The notes beneath the pieces were generated by a model. It had not been told where the DNA came from and did no database searches. It worked only from the letters and a program-made list of their open reading frames with translations. The position numbers were made by a program, and so were the translations under genes. Positions 7,818 to 10,592 of a stretch of 10,592 bases of DNA are shown here, one piece after another. Every line of letters starts with the position of its first letter. Positions within the stretch are counted from its first letter, which is position 1. The DNA is from Azolla caroliniana (Eukaryota > Plantae > Polypodiophyta), in contig JBHGNT010001258.1 in assembly GCA_043228905.1 (NCBI GenBank), positions 1 through 10,592 on the forward strand, read 5' to 3'.

Positions 7818-8454
7818 TGTCGTGAAGAAAACCGTCCACAAGCGGAATCGGTGCACCGGAGCGTAGGAAGCGACTCTTCATGCACGTGCGCCTTATGTTG
7901 TACATAGGAGATCCTAGGTAGATTCGGTAGGTAGGAAGTAAAGGGGAAACGGCTCCTTCCTTGCCTATAAAAGGAGGGAGACGAGGAGGGGCGAGGGGAT
8001 CGCGGAGTGTCGAGGACGAAGTGCTGTCGGTTTGCGTGCGAAGGCTTCTCTCTCTCTCTCTGGTTTGCAAACGCCATAGCTTCCTTCTGTGCAGGTTTCG
8101 GGAGGCTCGCGCTGCTCTGAGGAATGCCCGAGTGCTTCCGGCAGCACCTCCAACCTACTCCTTCCTCTCTGTGCGTTTACGAGCAGGTACCGGCATCTGT
8201 TCGCCGGCCTGTTCGGTTGTAACCGACTTTGTGTTTTGTTGTCTTCGTGTTCTTGTTGTTTGTCTTTGTTAATACATACATACATTCGTGTCTTTCTGTG
8301 TCGCTGTCCCACTTGCGTCTTTGCGTCAAAGGGCCGTGTCCTTGTGGATCTACGCTCGCACGTAGAGGGTTTCTTCCCCTTCCTCTCTTGCTCTTTGGTA
8401 CAGGACCCCCGAGGTTCCGCCTCATTCCACGCATCCGCGAGGAATACCTCGACA
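7818..8454 (+). repeat. 5' LTR of gypsy-like element B (637 bp)
   Basis: TGTCG...CGACA termini, TATAAAA at 7966-7972, CT tract, PBS 3 nt downstream. Predicted TSD CACGG (7813-7817). Confidence 0.9.
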
Positions 8455-8457
8455 TCT

Positions 8458-8475
8458 TGGTGAACCCGACGTGAA
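8458..8475 (+). other. Primer binding site, tRNA-Trp (element B)
   Basis: TGGTGAACCCGACGTGAA, 18/18 complement of the plant tRNA-Trp 3' end as recalled. Confidence 0.9.
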
Positions 8476-8497
8476 GGAGGCAGCAGAAGAGCAGAAG

Positions 8498-10592
8498 ATG
8501 AAGGGGTCGGATCTTGCAGAGGCCATGGCTTCGGCCGTGGATCGGATATTGAGTGCACGTGAGGCCACCGGCGCCCTCGACAGAGCCATTGAGGCGGTCG
8601 TCGGTACGATCGGCCGGTTCAGCGGAAAGGATGCCACGAAGTATTTGGCGTCGTACGGAGCAGAAATGCTGATGCGGGACATTCCGGAAGAGAGGCGTCT
8701 TGCCGGGTTTCCTCGAGTGGCGATGCCGAGCATCCATGCGGAGGTGCTCGAGGTGCGGGCGGAGAGCCGTACCTGGGAGGAGTTCGAAGGCCGACTCCTA
8801 GAAAAGTACGGGCTGGACGACGCGCTCCCGCTTTCGAAACGGGACTTCATGGAATGGGTGGAGTCCCCCGGCAAGGCAAGAAACGCGTCGGCACTCCTCC
8901 GGGAGTTCGAAGAACGCTTTGCGCGCCTTTCGGCGCTTGATCGAACCGTTCTGGATACGAGCCGGGTCCTATTGTTCGTCAAGTCGGTGGACGAGCGGGA
9001 CAGAGATCAAGTCGGCTCCTTGCTGGAAACCGAAGACGGGCTGACAACCGACTGGGCTGCGGTTAAGAGAGTCTGTGGCCGTTTCGACAAACGGCGAGAA
9101 TGGGCTGACAACGGGGCGGCCGGTGCGGGCTCTGTCACAGCAAGGAGGCTTGAACCGGCACCGCAAGTGCGAAGGGAAGAAACCTGGGAATGGCTCGATA
9201 CTGGTCCGGCTTCGACCGGCATTGTCAATGGCTCGTCCGGAGCAGCAGCGCTGGAGGAGTTGACGCGGGCGATAAAGGATCTCCAGATCGCCCAAACTCA
9301 AAGGGAAGGCGGCGAACCGGCTCGTGATCGACGGCCGGCAGCGGGGAACAGGTGCATGTGGTGCGACGAGGTCAGCCACATTCGGAAGGACTGCGGCGAT
9401 TTCGCAGAGGCGTTGAGGAACCGGGTGGTGTACCTGTGGGAAGGCCGGGTGCACGCCGGCGACACCAAGAGGGCCCTGAACCGAAACGACGGGCGAGGAG
9501 GTATGAAGAGACTGATGGAAGAGGCAGCGGCCCGACACGTAGAGGCCATCCACTACTCGGCGTCGACCGGAATTCGGGTCGGGGGCAGCGAGGCCCGAAC
9601 AGAGGGCAAAGACGGATTCTGGTCGGCAATGCTGGAAGGTCTTGCCGGCGCACGGCTAAGGAAAGATGAAACGGACCGCGCTTAGAGACGGGTCCGGGAA
9701 ATAACCGGGTGGAGCGATTCGGTCGAGGAGAAGACGGGCTTCGTAGAAGCCGCTTGCCGGAACTACGAGGCTCTGGTAGAAGACAAACGAGTGGGGAAAG
9801 CCGGAGCGGCCGGGCCCTCACAACGGTACGAGACCTGATTCGGGCAACGACGGAACGATGCCGGCGGGTCCAGCTCGCAAGATAACCCCAGGAAGGGCGG
9901 ATACCGACTGGGGACGGAGATAGAAAGGACTACGGACCTACGAAAGGTCCTAGAAGAACGGATCCTCGACAACAAAGTGGAGTTGTCATTGCGAGAGGTG
10001 TTAGGGATCGCCAAGAAGGAGTTCCACGACTCCATTGTAGACCTGGTGAAACGGAAGAGGCTGTCGACGGAGACGGAACCGGAAAGACCGGTGGAGGTGC
10101 GGACGACGCACATCGACGACATGGCGCTGGAAGATGAGTGGGCGGAGAACCACTATTCAAGGCCGCACTGGGCCCGAGCAACCACGGAGACCCCGGTGAA
10201 GATCGGAGATGTTCAGGAGCCGGTGGTGGCATTGGTGGACCACGGTTCGGAAATAAACCTGATGTCAATGGACTTTTATAAGAAGGGAAAGTGGCCGATC
10301 AACACCAAGCACGGGTGGAAGATACGGGCGGCGACGCGCGCCACCGAGGAACTGCACGGGGCCTACCCGAACGTACGAGTCAAGATCGGCGACGTCGAGA
10401 TTGACCAACAGTTCTTCATACAGGAGACGTCCTCGCACCCGGTCATATTAGGGGAACCGTACATCACGGCGGCGCGAATGGAGACCAAGGTGCTGGACAA
10501 CGGTTCGGCCTACGCGAGGGTCAAAAGCCAGGACGGGCGCCATTCGGTTCAATTTCTGACGGTGCGGCCAAACCACGAGAGAAACCGCGAAT
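8498..10592 (+). pseudogene. gag: gag-protease polyprotein of element B (runs off the window; two in-frame stops)
   Basis: The ATG at 8498 is conserved with element A. CCHC knuckle CMWCDEVSHIRKDC at 9353-9394. The same frame continues past TAG 9683-9685 and TGA 9836-9838 to a retropepsin-like region, VVALVDHGSEINLMS (10238-10246) ... VILGEPY. Superfamily is inferred because RT/INT lie outside the window. Confidence 0.88.

Noticed and set aside
8471-8497. GTG start of the 404-aa ORF
   Set aside because: The GTG lies in the PBS; the ATG at 8498 is the one conserved with element A.
9683-9685. Programmed gag-pol stop-codon readthrough
   Set aside because: A second in-frame stop (TGA 9836-9838, plausibly from CGA) follows and no readthrough context is evident; decay is simpler. 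Sister copies would settle it.
7675-10268. Numerous antisense and alternate-frame ORFs as extra genes
   Set aside because: They overlap GC-rich gag or LTR sequence, are Arg/Ser/Pro-biased and show no recognisable motifs.

Overview
Eukaryotic, plant-type intergenic DNA made entirely of nested, decayed LTR retrotransposons; no host gene is visible. A bryophyte or other non-seed plant is likely, inferred from the element types. The backbone is a Ty1/copia element on the - strand (3' LTR ~1-1205, RNaseH-RT-integrase 1221-3544, resuming at 7011-7084). It carries: (i) an ~810-bp AT-rich solo-LTR-like insert in its LTR (329-1138); (ii) a rearranged Tcn1-like chromovirus (3545-7010, TSD ACTAT/ACTAC) whose PR-RT block is inverted relative to its RNaseH-INT-chromodomain block; (iii) a tRNA-Trp-primed Ty3/gypsy-like element A (LTR 7085-7700), whose gag is interrupted after 24 codons by (iv) a related Trp-primed element B (LTR 7818-8454, gag-protease to the window end, D-H-G protease motif). 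The most unusual part is the chromovirus LTR. It combines a tRNA-like Pol III A/B-box cassette at its outer edge, a long phased heat-shock-element array next to the TATA box, a 19-bp palindrome near the predicted TSS, and a TAGTACTA palindrome that also recurs in the coding region. All calls come from manual reading; no database searches were run.
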